Positions 40,001 to 56,100 of a stretch of DNA of 64,000 bases are shown piece by piece. Origin of the DNA: Bugula neritina (lineage: Eukaryota; Animalia; Bryozoa). The notes beneath the pieces were generated by a model. That model saw only the letters and a list, made by a program, of their open reading frames with translations. It had not been told where the DNA came from and did not search any database. Every line of letters starts with the position of its first letter. Positions within the stretch are counted from its first letter, which is position 1. The stretch is from NCBI GenBank assembly GCA_964035545.1, contig OZ037767.1, positions 16,236,381 through 16,300,380 on the forward strand, in the 5' to 3' direction. Made by a program: the position numbers and the translations under genes.

Positions 40001-43000
40001 ATATAGTATCATAGTATTAGAATATATAGTATCATAGTATTAGAATATATAGTATCATAGTATTAGAATATATAGTATCATAGTATTAGAGTATATAGTA
40101 TCATAGTATTAGAATATATAGTATCATAGTATTAGAATATATAGTATCATAGTATTAGAATATATAGTATCATAGTATTAGAATATATAGTATCATACTA
40201 TTAGAATATATAGTATCATAGTATTAGAGTATATAGTATCATAGTATTAGAATATATAGTATCATAGTATTAGAATATATAGTATCATAGTATTAGAATA
40301 TATAGTATCATAGTATTAGAATATATAGTATCATACTATTAGAATATATAGTATCATAGTATTAGAGTATATAGTATCATAGTATTAGAATATATAGTAT
40401 CATAGTATTAGAGTATATAGTATCATAGTATTAGAATATATAGTATCATAGTATTAGAATATATAGTATCATAGTATTAGAATATATAGTATCATAGTAT
40501 TAGAGTATAGAGTATCATAGTATTAGAGTATAGAGTATCATAGTATTAGAATATATAGTATCATAGTATTAGAGTATATAGTATCATAGTATTAGAGTAT
40601 ATAGTATCATAGTATTAGAATATATAGTATCATAGTATTAGAGTATATAGTATCATAGTATTAGAGTATATAGTATCATAGTATTAGAATATATAGTATC
40701 ATAGTATTAGAATATAGAGTATCATAGTATTAGAATATAGAGTATCATAGTATTAGAATATATAGTATCATAGTATTAGAATATATAGTATCATAGTATT
40801 AGAGTATATAGTATCATAGTATTAGAATATATAGTATCATAGTATTAGAATATATAGTATCATAGTATTAGAATATATAGTATCATAGTATTAGAATATA
40901 TAGTATCATACTATTAGAATATATAGTATCATAGTATTAGAGTATATAGTATCATAGTATTAGAATATATAGTATCATAGTATTAGAATATATAGTATCA
41001 TAGTATTAGAATATATAGTATCATAGTATTAGAGTATATAGTATCATAGTATTAGAATATATAGTATCATACTATTAGAATATATAGTATCATAGTATTA
41101 GAGTATATAGTATCATAGTATTAGAATATATAGTATCATAGTATTAGAATATATAGTATCATAGTATTAGAATATATAGTATCATAGTATTAGGATATAT
41201 AGTATCATACTATTAGAATATATAGTATCATAGTATTAGAGTATATAGTATCATAGTATTAGAGTATAGAGTATCATAGTATCAGAATATATAGTATCTT
41301 AGTATTAGAGTATATAGTATCATAGTATTAGAGTATATAGTACCATAGTATTAGAATATATAGTATCATAGTATTAGAATATAGAGTATCATAGTAATAA
41401 AATATATAGTATCATAGTATTAGAGTATATAGTATCATAGTATTAGAATATATAGTATCATAGTATTAGTATATATAGTATCATAGTATTAGAATATATA
41501 GTATCATAGTATTAGAATATATAGTATCATAGTATTAGAGTATAGAGTATCATAGTATCATAATATATAGTATCATAGTATTAGAATATATAGTATCATA
41601 GTATTAGAGTATATAGTATCATAGTATTAGAATAATTATATAGTATCATGGTATTAGTATATATAGTATCATAGTATTAGAATATATAGTATTATAGTAT
41701 TAGAATATATAGTATCATAGTATTAGAATATAGAGTATCATAGTATTAGAGTATATAGTATCATAGTATTAGAGTATATAGTATCATAGTATTAGAATAT
41801 AGAGTATCATAGTATTAGAATATATAGTATCATAGTATTAGAATATATAGTATCATAGTATTAGAATATATAGTATCATAGTATTAGAATATAGAGTATC
41901 ATAGTATTAGAGTATATAGTATCATAGTATTAGAATATATAGTATCATAGTATTAGAATACATAGTATCATAGTATTAGAATATATAGTATCATAGTATT
42001 AGAATATAGAGTATCATAGTATTAGAATATATAGTATCATAGTATTAGAATATATAGTATCATAGTATTAGAATATATAGTATCATAGTATTAGAATATA
42101 GAGTATCATAGTATTAGAGTATATAGTATCATAGTATTAGAATATATAGTATCATAGTATTAGAATATATAGTATCATAGTATTAGAGTATATAGTATCA
42201 TAGTATTAGAATATAGAGTATCATAGTATTAGAATATATAGTATCATAGTATTAGAATATATAGTATCATAGTATTAGAATATATAGTATCATAGTATTA
42301 GAGTATATAGTATCATAGTATTAGAATATATAGTATCATAGTATTAGAATATATAGTATCATAGTATTAGAATATAGAGTATCATAGTATTAGAGTATAT
42401 AGTATCATAGTATTAGAATATATAGTATCATAGTATTAGAATATATAGTATCATAGTATTAGAGTATTTAGTATCATAGTATTAGAATATATAGTATCAT
42501 AGTATTAGAATATATAGTATCATAGTATTAGAGTATATAGTATCATAGTATTAGAGTATATAGTATCATAGTATTAGAGTATATAGTATCATAGTATTAG
42601 AATATAGAGTATCATAGTATTAGAATATAGAGTATCATAGTATTAGAGTATATAGTATCATAGTATTAGAATATATAGTATCATAGTATTAGAATATATA
42701 GTATCATAGTATTAGAATATATAGTATCATAGTATTAGAGTATATAGTATCATAATATTAGAATATAGAGTATCATAGTATTAGAGTATATAGTATCATA
42801 GTATTAGAGTATATAGTATCATAGTAGTAGAATATATAGTACCATAGTATTAGAATATAGAGTATCATAGTATTAGAGTATATAGTATCATAGTATTAGA
42901 GTATATAGTATCATAGTATTAGAATATATAGTATCATAGTATTAGAATATATAGTATCATAGTATAAGAATATAGAGTATCATAGTATTAGAATATATAG

Positions 43001-46000
43001 TATCATAGTATTAGAGTATATAGTATCATAGTATTAGAGTATATAGTATCATAGTATTAGAGTATATAGTATCATAGTATTAGAATATATAGTATCATAG
43101 TATTAGAATATATAGTATCATAGTATTAGAATATAGAGTATCATAGTATTAGAATATATAGTATCATAGTATTAGAATATATAGTATCATAGTATTAGAG
43201 TATATAGTATCATAGTATTAGAATATATGGTATCATAGTATTAGAATATAGAGTATCATAGTATTAGAATATATAGTATCAAAGTATTAGAGTATATAGT
43301 ATCATAGTATTAGAATATATAGTATCATAGTATTAGAATATATAGTATCATAGTATTAGAATATATAGTATCATAGTATTAGAATATATAGTATCATAGT
43401 ATTAGAATATATAGTATCATAGTATTAGAGTATAGAGTATCATAGTATTAGAATATAGAGTATCATAGTATTAGAATATATAGTATCATAGTATTAGAAT
43501 ATATAGTATCATAGTATTAGAGTATATAGTATCATAGTATTAGAATATAGAGTATCATAGTATTAGAGTATATAGTATCATAGTATTAGAATATAGAGTA
43601 TCATAGTATTAGAATATATAGTATCATAGTATTAGAATATATAGAGTATCATAGTATTAGAATATATAGAGTATCATAGTATTAGAATATATAGTATCAT
43701 AGTATTAGAATATATAGTATCATAGTATTAGAGTATATAGTATCATAGTATTAGAGTATATAGTATCATAGTATTAGAGTATATATTATCATGGTATTAG
43801 AATATATAGTATCATAGTATTAGAGTATATAGTATCATAGTATTAGAGTATAGAGTATCATAGTATTAGAGTATAGAGTATCATAGTATTAGAATATATA
43901 GTATCATAGTATTAGAGTATATAGTATCATAGTATTAGAGTATATAGTATCATAGTATTAGAATATATAGTATCATAGTATTAGAGTATATAGTATCATA
44001 GTATTAGAGTATATAGTATCATAGTATTAGAATATATAGTATCATAGTATTAGAATATAGAGTATCATAGTATTAGAATATAGAGTATCATAGTATTAGA
44101 ATATATAGTATCATAGTATTAGAATATATAGTATCATAGTATTAGAGTATATAGTATCATAGTATTAGAATATATAGTATCATAGTATTAGAATATATAG
44201 TATCATAGTATTAGAATATATAGTATCATAGTATTAGAATATATAGTATCATACTATTAGAATATATAGTATCATAGTATTAGAGTATATAGTATCATAG
44301 TATTAGAATATATAGTATCATAGTATTAGAATATATAGTATCATAGTATTAGAATATATAGTATCATAGTATTAGAGTATATAGTATCATAGTATTAGAA
44401 TATATAGTATCATACTATTAGAATATATAGTATCATAGTATTAGAGTATATAGTATCATAGTATTAGAATATATAGTATCATAGTATTAGAATATATTGT
44501 ATCATAGTATTAGAATATATAGTATCATAGTATTAGGATATATAGTATCATACTATTAGAATATATAGTATCATAGTATTAGAGTATATAGTATCATAGT
44601 ATTAGAATATATAGTATCATAGTATTAGAGTATATAGTATCATAGTATTAGAATATATAGTATCATAGTATTAGAATATATAGTATCATAGTATTAGAGT
44701 ATATAGTATCATAGTATTAGAATATATAGTATCATAGTATTAGAATATATAGTATCATAGTATTAGAATATATAGTATCATAGTATTAGAATATATAGTA
44801 TCATGCTATTAGAATATATAGTATCATAGTATTAGAGTATATAGTATCATAGTATTAGAATATATAGTATCATAGTATTAGAGTATATAGTATCATAGTA
44901 TTAGAGTATATAGTATCATAGTATTAGAGTATATAGTATCATAGTATTAGAATATATAGTATCATAGTATTAGAGTATATAGTATCATAGTATTAGAATA
45001 TATAGTACCATAGTATTAGTATATATAGTATCATAGTATTAGAATATATAGTATCATAGTATTAGAATATATAGTATCATAGTATTAGAATATATAGTAT
45101 CATACTATTAGAATATATAGTATCATGGTATTAGAGTATATAGTATCATAGTATTAGAATATATAGTATCATAGTATTAGAATATATAGTATCATAGTAT
45201 TAGAGTATATAGTATCATAGTATTAGAATATATAGTATCAGAGTATTAGAATATATAGTATCATAGTATTAGAATATATAGTATCATAGTATTAGAGTAT
45301 ATAGTATCATAGTATTAGAATATATAGTATCATAGTATTAGAATATATAATATCATAGTATTAGAATATATAGTATCATAGTATTAGAATATATAGTATC
45401 ATACTATTAGAATATATAGTATCATAGTATTAGAGTATATAGTATCATAGTATTAGAATATATAGTATCATAGTATTAGAGTATATAGTATCATAGTATT
45501 AGAGTATATAGTATCATAGTATTAGAGTATATAGTATCATAGTATTAGAATATATAGTATCATAGTATTAGAATATATAGAGTATCATAGTATTAGAATA
45601 TATAGTATCATAGTATTAGAATATATAGTATCATAGTATTAGAATATATAGTATCATAGTATTAGAATATATAGTATCATAGTATTAGAATATATAGTAT
45701 CATAGTATTAGAATATATAGTATCATACTATTATAATATATAGTATCATAGTATTAGAGTATATAGTATCATAGTATTAGAATATATAGTATCATAGTAT
45801 TAGAGTATATAGTATCATAGTATTAGAGTATATAGTATCATAGTATTAGAGTATATAGTATCATAGTATTAGAATATATAGTATCATAGTATTAGAGTAT
45901 ATAGTATCATAGTATTAGAATATATAGTACCATAGTATTAGTATATATAGTATCATAGTATTAGAATATATAGTATCATAGTATTAGAATATATAGTATC

Positions 46001-49000
46001 ATAGTATTAGAATATATAGTATCATAGTATTAGAGTATATAGTATCATAGTATTAGAATATATAGTATCATAGTATTAGAGTATATAGTATCATAGTATT
46101 AGAATATATAGTACCATAGTATTAGAATATATAGTATCATAGTATTAGAATATAGAGTATCATAGTATTAGAATATATAGTATCATAGTATTAGAATATA
46201 TAGTATCATAGTATTAGAGTATATAGTATCATAGTATTAGAATATATAGTATCATAGTATTAGAATATATAGTATCATAGTATTAGAATATAGAGTATCA
46301 TAGTATTAGGGTATATAGTATCATAGTATTAGAGTATATAGTATCATAGTATTAGAATATATAGTATCATAGTATTAGAATATATAGTATCATAGTATTA
46401 GAATATATAGTATCATAGTATTAGAGTATATAGTATCATAGTATTAGAATATATAGTATCATAGTATTAGAATATATAGTATCATAGTATTAGAATATAT
46501 AGTATCATAGTATTAGAATATATAGTATCATACTATTAGAATATATAGTATCATAGTATTAGAGTATATAGTATCATAGTATTAGAATATATAGTATCAT
46601 AGTATTAGAATATATAGTATCATAGTATTAGAATATATAGTATCATAGTATTAGAATATATAGTATCATACTATTAGAATATATAGTATCATAGTATTAG
46701 AGTATATAGTATCATAGTATTAGAATATATAGTATCATAGTATTAGAGTATATAGTATCATAGTATTAGAATATATAGTATCCTAGTATTAGAATATATA
46801 GTATCATAGTATTAGAATATATAGTATCATAGTATTAGAATATATAGTATCATACTATTAGAATATATAGTATCATAGTATTAGAGTAGGTATATAGTAT
46901 CATAGTATTAGAATATATAGTATCATAGTATTAGAATATATAGTATCATAGTATTAGAATATATAGTATCATAGTATTAGAATATATAGTATCATACTAT
47001 TAGAATATATAGTATCATAGTATTAGAGTATATAGTATCATAGTATTAGAATATATAGTATCATAGTATTAGAGTATATAGTATCATAGTATTAGAGTAT
47101 ATAGTATCATAGTATTAGAATATATAGTATCATAGTATTAGAATATATAGTATCATAGTATTAGAATATATAGTATCATAGTATTAGAATATATAGTATC
47201 ATAGTATTAGAATATATAGTATCATAGTATTAGAATATATAGTATCATAGTATTAGAATATATAGTATCATACTATTAGAATATATAGTATCATAGTATT
47301 AGAGTATATAGTATCATAGTATTAGAATATATAGTATCATAGTATTAGAATATATAGTATCATAGTATTAGAGTATATAGTATCATAGTATTAGAATATA
47401 TAGTATCATAGTATTAGAATATATAGTATCATAGTATTAGAATATATAGTATCATAGTATTAGAATATATAGTATCATACTATTAGAATATATAGTATCA
47501 TAGTATTAGAGTATATAGTATCATAGTATTAGAATATATAGTATCATAGTATTAGAATATATAGTATCATAGTATTAGAGTATATAGTATCATAGTATTA
47601 GAATATATAGTATCATAGTATTAGAATATATAGTATCATAGTATTAGAGTATATAGTATCATAGTATTAGAATATATAGTATCATAGTATTAGAATATAT
47701 AGTATCATACTATTAGAATATATAGTATCATAGTATTAGAGTATATAGTATCATAGTATTAGAATATATAGTATCATAGTATTAGAATATATAGTATCAT
47801 AGTATTAGAATATATAGTATCATAGTATTAGAATATATAGTGTCATACTATTAGAATATATAGTATCATAGTATTAGAGTATATAGTATCATAGTATTAG
47901 AATATATAGTATCATAGTATTAGAATATATAGTATCATAGTATTAGAGTATATAGTATCATAGTATTAGAATATATAGTATCATAGTATTAGAATATATA
48001 GTATCATAGTATTAGAATATATAGTATCATAGTATTAGAGTATATAGTATCATAGTATTAGAATATATAGTATCATAGTATTAGAATATATAGTATCATA
48101 GTATTAGAATATATAGTATCATAGTATTAGAATATATAGTATCATAGTATTAGAATATATAGTATCATAGTATTAGAATATAGAGTATCATAGTATTAGA
48201 GTATATAGAGTATCATAGTATTAGAATATATAGTATCATAGTATTAGAATATATAGTATCATAGTATTAGAGTATATAGTATCATAGTATTAGAATATAT
48301 AGTATCATAGTATTAGAATATATAGTATCATAGTATTAGAATATATAGTATCATAGTATTAGAGTATATAGTATCATAGTAATAGAATATATAGTATCAT
48401 AGTATTAGAGTATATAGTATCATAGTATTAGAGTATATAGTATCATAGTATTAGAGTAATAGAGTATCATAGTATTAGAATATATAGTATCATAGTATTA
48501 GAATATATAGTATCATAGTATTAGAATATAGAGTATCATAGTATTAGAATATATAGTATCATAGTATTAGAATATAGAGTATCATAGTATTAGAATATAT
48601 AGTATCATAGTATTAGAATATATAGTATCATAGTATTAGAATATATAGTATCATAGTATAAGAATATAGAGTATCATAGTATTAGAATATATAGTATCAT
48701 AGTATTAGAATATATAGTATCATAGTATTAGAATATTAGAGTATCATAGTATTAGAATATATAGTATCATAGTATTAGAATATATAGTATCATAGTATTA
48801 GAATATATAGTATCATAGTATTAGAATATAGAGTATCATAGTATTAGAGTATATAGTATCATAGTATTAGAATATATAGTATCATAGTATTAGAATATAT
48901 AGTATCATAGTATTAGAGTATAGAGTATCATAGTATCAGAATATATAGTATCTTAGTATTAGAGTATATAGTATCATAGTATTAGAGTATATAGTACCAT

Positions 49001-50120
49001 AGTATTAGAATATATAGTATCATAGTATTAGAATATAGAGTATCATAGTAATAAAATATATAGTATCATAGTATTAGAGTATATAGTATCATAGTATTAG
49101 AATATATAGTATCATAGTATTAGTATATATAGTATCATAGTATTAGAATATATAGTATCATAGTATTAGAATATATAGTATCATAGTATTAGAGTATAGA
49201 GTATCATAGTATCATAATATATAGTATCATAGTATTAGAATATATAGTATCATAGTATTAGAGTATATAGTATCATAGTATTAGAATAATTATATAGTAT
49301 CATGGTATTAGTATATATAGTATCATAGTATTAGAATATATAGTATTATAGTATTAGAATATATAGTATCATAGTATTAGAATATAGAGTATCATAGTAT
49401 TAGAGTATATAGTATCATAGTATTAGAGTATATAGTATCATAGTATTAGAATATAGAGTATCATAGTATTAGAATATATAGTATCATAGTATTAGAATAT
49501 ATAGTATCATAGTATTAGAATATATAGTATCATAGTATTAGAATATAGAGTATCATAGTATTAGAGTATATAGTATCATAGTATTAGAATATATAGTATC
49601 ATAGTATTAGAATACATAGTATCATAGTATTAGAATATATAGTATCATAGTATTAGAATATAGAGTATCATAGTATTAGAATATATAGTATCATAGTATT
49701 AGAATATATAGTATCATAGTATTAGAATATATAGTATCATAGTATTAGAATATAGAGTATCATAGTATTAGAGTATATAGTATCATAGTATTAGAATATA
49801 TAGTATCATAGTATTAGAATATATAGTATCATAGTATTAGAGTATATAGTATCATAGTATTAGAATATAGAGTATCATAGTATTAGAATATATAGTATCA
49901 TAGTATTAGAATATATAGTATCATAGTATTAGAATATATAGTATCATAGTATTAGAGTATATAGTATCATAGTATTAGAATATATAGTATCATAGTATTA
50001 GATATATAGTATCATAGTATTAGAATATAGAGTATCATAGTATTAGAGTATATAGTATCATAGTATTAGAATATATAGTATCATAGTATTAGAATATATA
50101 GTATCATAGTATTAGAATAT
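34017..50120 (+). repeat. 23-bp satellite (TAGTATCA TAGTATTA GAATATA)n, left arm, about 700 units, starting in a BUB1 intron
   Basis: Direct tandem units with common variants GAGTATA and GAATATAGA; begins about 12 bp from the BUB1 acceptor at 34005-34006. Confidence 0.99.
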
Positions 50121-53100
50121 ATATTCTAATACTATGATACTATATATTCTAATACTATGATACTATATACTCTAATACTATGATACTCTATATTCTAATA
50201 CTATGATACTATATATTCTAATACTATGATACTATATATTCTAATACTATGATACTATATACTCTAATACTATGATACTATATATTCTAATACTATGATA
50301 CTATATATTCTAATACTATGATACTATATATTCTAATACTATGATACTCTATATTCTAATACTATGATACTATATACTCTAATACTATGATACTATATAT
50401 TCTAATACTATGATACTATATATTCTAATACTATGATACTATATACTCTAATACTATGATACTCTATATTCTAATACTATGATACTATATATTCTAATAC
50501 TATGATACTATATATTCTAATACTATGATACTATATATTCTAATACTATGATACTCTATATTCTAATACTATGATACTATATATTCTAATACTATGATAC
50601 TATGTATTCTAATACTATGATACTATATATTCTAATACTATGATACTATATACTCTAATACTATGATACTCTATATTCTAATACTATGATACTATATATT
50701 CTAATACTATGATACTATATATTCTAATACTATGATACTATATATTCTAATACTATGATACTCTATATTCTAATACTATGATACTATATACTCTAATACT
50801 ATGATACTATATATCTCTAATACTATGATACTCTATATTCTAATACTATGATACTATATATTCTAATACTATAATACTATATATTCTAATACTATCGATA
50901 CTATATATCTAATACCATGATACTATATAATTATTCTAAATACTATGATACTATATACTCTAATACTATGATACTATATATTCTAATACTATGATACTAT
51001 ATATTATGATACTATGATACTCTATACTCTAATACTATGATACTATATATTCTAATACTATGATACTATATATTCTAATACTATGATACTATATATACTA
51101 ATACTATGATACTATATATTCTAATACTATGATACTATATACTCTAATACTATGATACTATATAATTTATTACTATGATACTCTATATTCTAATACTATG
51201 ATACTATATATTCTAATACTATGGTACTATATACTCTAATACTATGATACTATATACTCTAATACTAAGATACTATATATTCTGATACTATGATACTCTA
51301 TACTCTAATACTATGATACTATATATTCTAATACTATGATACTATATATTCTAATACTATGATACTATATACTCTAATACTATGATACTCTATATTCTAA
51401 TACTATGATACTATATATTCTAATACTATGATACTATATATTCTAATACTATGATACTATATATTCTAATACTATGATACTCTATATTCTAATACTATGA
51501 TACTATATATTCTAATACTATGATACTATATATTCTAATACTATGATACTCTATATTCTAATACTATGATACTATATATTCTAATACTATGATACTATAT
51601 ATTCTAATACTATGATACTATATATTCTAATACTATGATACTCTATATTCTAATACTATGATACTATATATTCTAATACTATGATACTCTATATTCTAAT
51701 ACTATGATACTATATATTCTAATACTATGATACTATATATTCTAATACTATGATACTCTATACTCTAATACTATGATACTATATACTCTAATACTATGAT
51801 ACTATATACTCTAATACTATGATACTATATATTCTATTACTATGATACTATATACTCTAATACTATGATACTATATATTCTAATACTATGATACTATATA
51901 TTCTAATACTATGATACTATATATTCTAATACTATGATACTATATACTCTAATACTATGATACTATATATTCTAATACTATGATACTATATATTCTAATA
52001 CTATGATACTCTATATACTCTAATACTATGATACTCTATATTCTAATACTATGATACTATATATTCTAATACTATGATACTATATATTCTAATACTATGA
52101 TACTATATATTCTAATACTATGATACTATATATTCTAATACTATGATACTATATATTCTAATACTATGATACTATATACTCTAATACTATGATACTATAT
52201 ATTCTAATACTATGATACTATATATTCTAATACTATGATACTATATATTCTAATACTATGATACTATATACTCTAATACTATGATACTATATATTCTAAT
52301 ACTATGATACTATATATTCTAATACTATGATACTATATACTCTAATACTATGATACTATATATTCTAATAGTATGACACTATATATTCTAATACTATGAT
52401 ACTATATATTCTAATACTATGATACTATATATTCTAATACTATGATACTATATATTCTAATACTATGATACTATATACTCTAATACTATGATACTATATA
52501 TTCTAATAGTATGATACTATATATTCTAATACTATGATACTATATATTCTAATACTATGATACTATATACTCTAATACTATGATACTATATATTCTAATA
52601 CTATGATACTATATATTCTAATACTATGATACTATATACTCTAATACTATGATACTATATATTCTAATACTATGATACTATATATTCTAATACTATGATA
52701 CTATATACTCTAATACTATGATACTATATATTCTAATAGTATGATACTATATATTCTAATACTATGATACTATATATTCTAATACTATGATACTATATAT
52801 TCTAATACTATGATACTATATATTCTAATACTATGATACTATATACTCTAATACTATGATACTATATATTCTAATACTATGATACTATATATTCTAATAC
52901 TATGATACTATATACTCTAATACTATGATACTATATATTCTAATAGTATGATACTATATATTCTAATACTATGATACTATATATTCTAATACTATGATAC
53001 TATATATTCTAATACTATGATACTATATATTCTAATACTATGATACTATATATTCTAATACTATGATACTATATATTCTAATACTATGATACTATATATT

Positions 53101-56100
53101 CTAATACTATGATACTATATACTCTAATACTATGATACTATATACTCTAATACTATGATACTATATATTCTAATACTATGATACTATATACTCTAATACT
53201 ATGATACTATATATTCTAATAGTATGATACTATATATTCTAATACTATGATACTATATATTCTAATACTATGATACTATATATTCTAATACTATGATACT
53301 ATATATTCTAATACTATGATACTATATACCTACTCTAATACTATGATACTATATATTCTAATAGTATGATACTATATATTCTAATACTATGATACTATAT
53401 ATTCTAATACTATGATACTATATATTCTAATACTAGGATACTATATATTCTAATACTATGATACTATATACTCTAATACTATGATACTATATATTCTAAT
53501 ACTATGATACTATATACTCTAATACTATGATACTATATATTCTAATAGTATGATACTATATATTCTAATACTATGATACTATATATTCTAATACTATGAT
53601 ACTATATATTCTAATACTATGATACTATATATTCTAATACTATGATACTATATACTCTAATACTATGATACTATATATTCTAATAGTATGATACTATATA
53701 TTCTAATACTATGATACTATATATTCTAATACTATGATACTATATATTCTAATACTATGATACTATATATTCTAATACTATGATACTATATACTCTAATA
53801 CTATGATACTATATATTCTAATACTATGATACTATATATTCTAATACTATGATACTATATATTCTAATACTATGATACTATATACTCTAATACTATGATA
53901 CTATATACCCTAATACTATGATACTCTATATTCTAATACTATGATACTATATATTCTAATACTATGATACTATATATTCTAATACTATGATACTATATAC
54001 TCTAATACTATGATACTATATATTCTAATACTATGATACTATATATTCTAATACTATGATACTCTATATTCTAATACTATGATACTATATATTCTAATAC
54101 TATGGTACTATATATTCTAATACTATGATACTATATACTCTAATACTATGATACTATATATTCTAATACTATGATACTATATACTCTAATACTATGATAC
54201 TATATATTCTAATACTATGATACTATATATTCTAATACTATGATACTATATATTCTAATACTATGATACTATATATACTAATACTATGGTACTATATATT
54301 CTAATACTATGATACTATATACTCTAATACTATGATACTATATATTCTAATACTATGATACTATATACTCTAATACTATGATACTATATACTCTAATACT
54401 ATGATACTATATACTCTAATACTATGATACTATATATTCTAATACTATGATACTATATACTCTAATACTATGATACTATATATTATAATAGTATGATACT
54501 ATATATTCTAATACTATGATACTATATATTCTAATACTATGATACTATATATTCTAATACTATGATACTATATATTCTAATACTATGATACTATATATTC
54601 TAATACTATGATACTATATATTCTAATACTATGATACTCTATATATTCTAATACTATGATACTATATATTCTAATACTATGATACTATATACTCTAATAC
54701 TATGATACTATATACTCTAATACTATGATACTATATACTCTAATACTATGATACTATATATTCTAATACTATGATACTATATACTCTAATACTATGATAC
54801 TATATATTCTAATAGTATGATACTATATATTCTAATACTATGATACTATATATTCTAATACTATGATATTATATATTCTAATACTATGATACTATATATT
54901 CTAATACTATGATACTATATACTCTAATACTATGATACTATATATTCTAATACTATGATACTATATATTCTAATACTCTGATACTATATATTCTAATACT
55001 ATGATACTATATACTCTAATACTATGATACTATATATTCTAATACTATGATACTATATATTCTAATACTATGATACTATATACTCTAATACCATGATACT
55101 ATATATTCTAATAGTATGATACTATATATTCTAATACTATGATACTATATATTCTAATACTATGATACTATATATTCTAATACTATGATACTATATATAC
55201 TAATACTATGGTACTATATATTCTAATACTATGATACTATATACTCTAATACTATGATACTATATATTCTAATACTATGATACTATATACTCTAATACTA
55301 TGATACTATATACTCTAATACTATGATACTATATACTCTAATACTATGATACTATATATTCTAATACTATGATACTATATACTCTAATACTATGATACTA
55401 TATATTCTAATAGCATGATACTATATATTCTAATACTATGATACTATATATTCTAATACTATGATACTATATATTCTAATACTATGATACTATATATTCT
55501 AATACTATGATACTATATACTCTAATACTATGATACTATATATTCTAATACTATGATACTATATATTCTAATACTATGATACTATATACTCTAATACTAT
55601 GATACTATATATTCTAATACTATGATACTATATACTCTAATACTATGATACTATATATTCTAATAGTATGATACTATATATCCTAATACTATGATACTAT
55701 ATATTCTAATACTATGATACAATATATTCTAATACTATGATACTATATATTCTAATACTATGATACTATATACTCTAATACTATGATACTATATATTCTA
55801 ATAGTATGATACTATATATTCTAATACTATGATACTATATACTCTAATACTATGATACTATATATTCTAATACTATGATACTATATATTCTAATACTATG
55901 ATACTATATATTCTAATACTATGATACTATATACTCTAATACTATGATACTATATATTCTAATAGTATGATACTATATATTCTAATACTATGATACTATA
56001 TATTCTAATACTATGATACTATATATTCTAATACTATGATACTATATATTCTAATACTATGATACTATATACTCTAATACTATGATACTATATATTCTAA

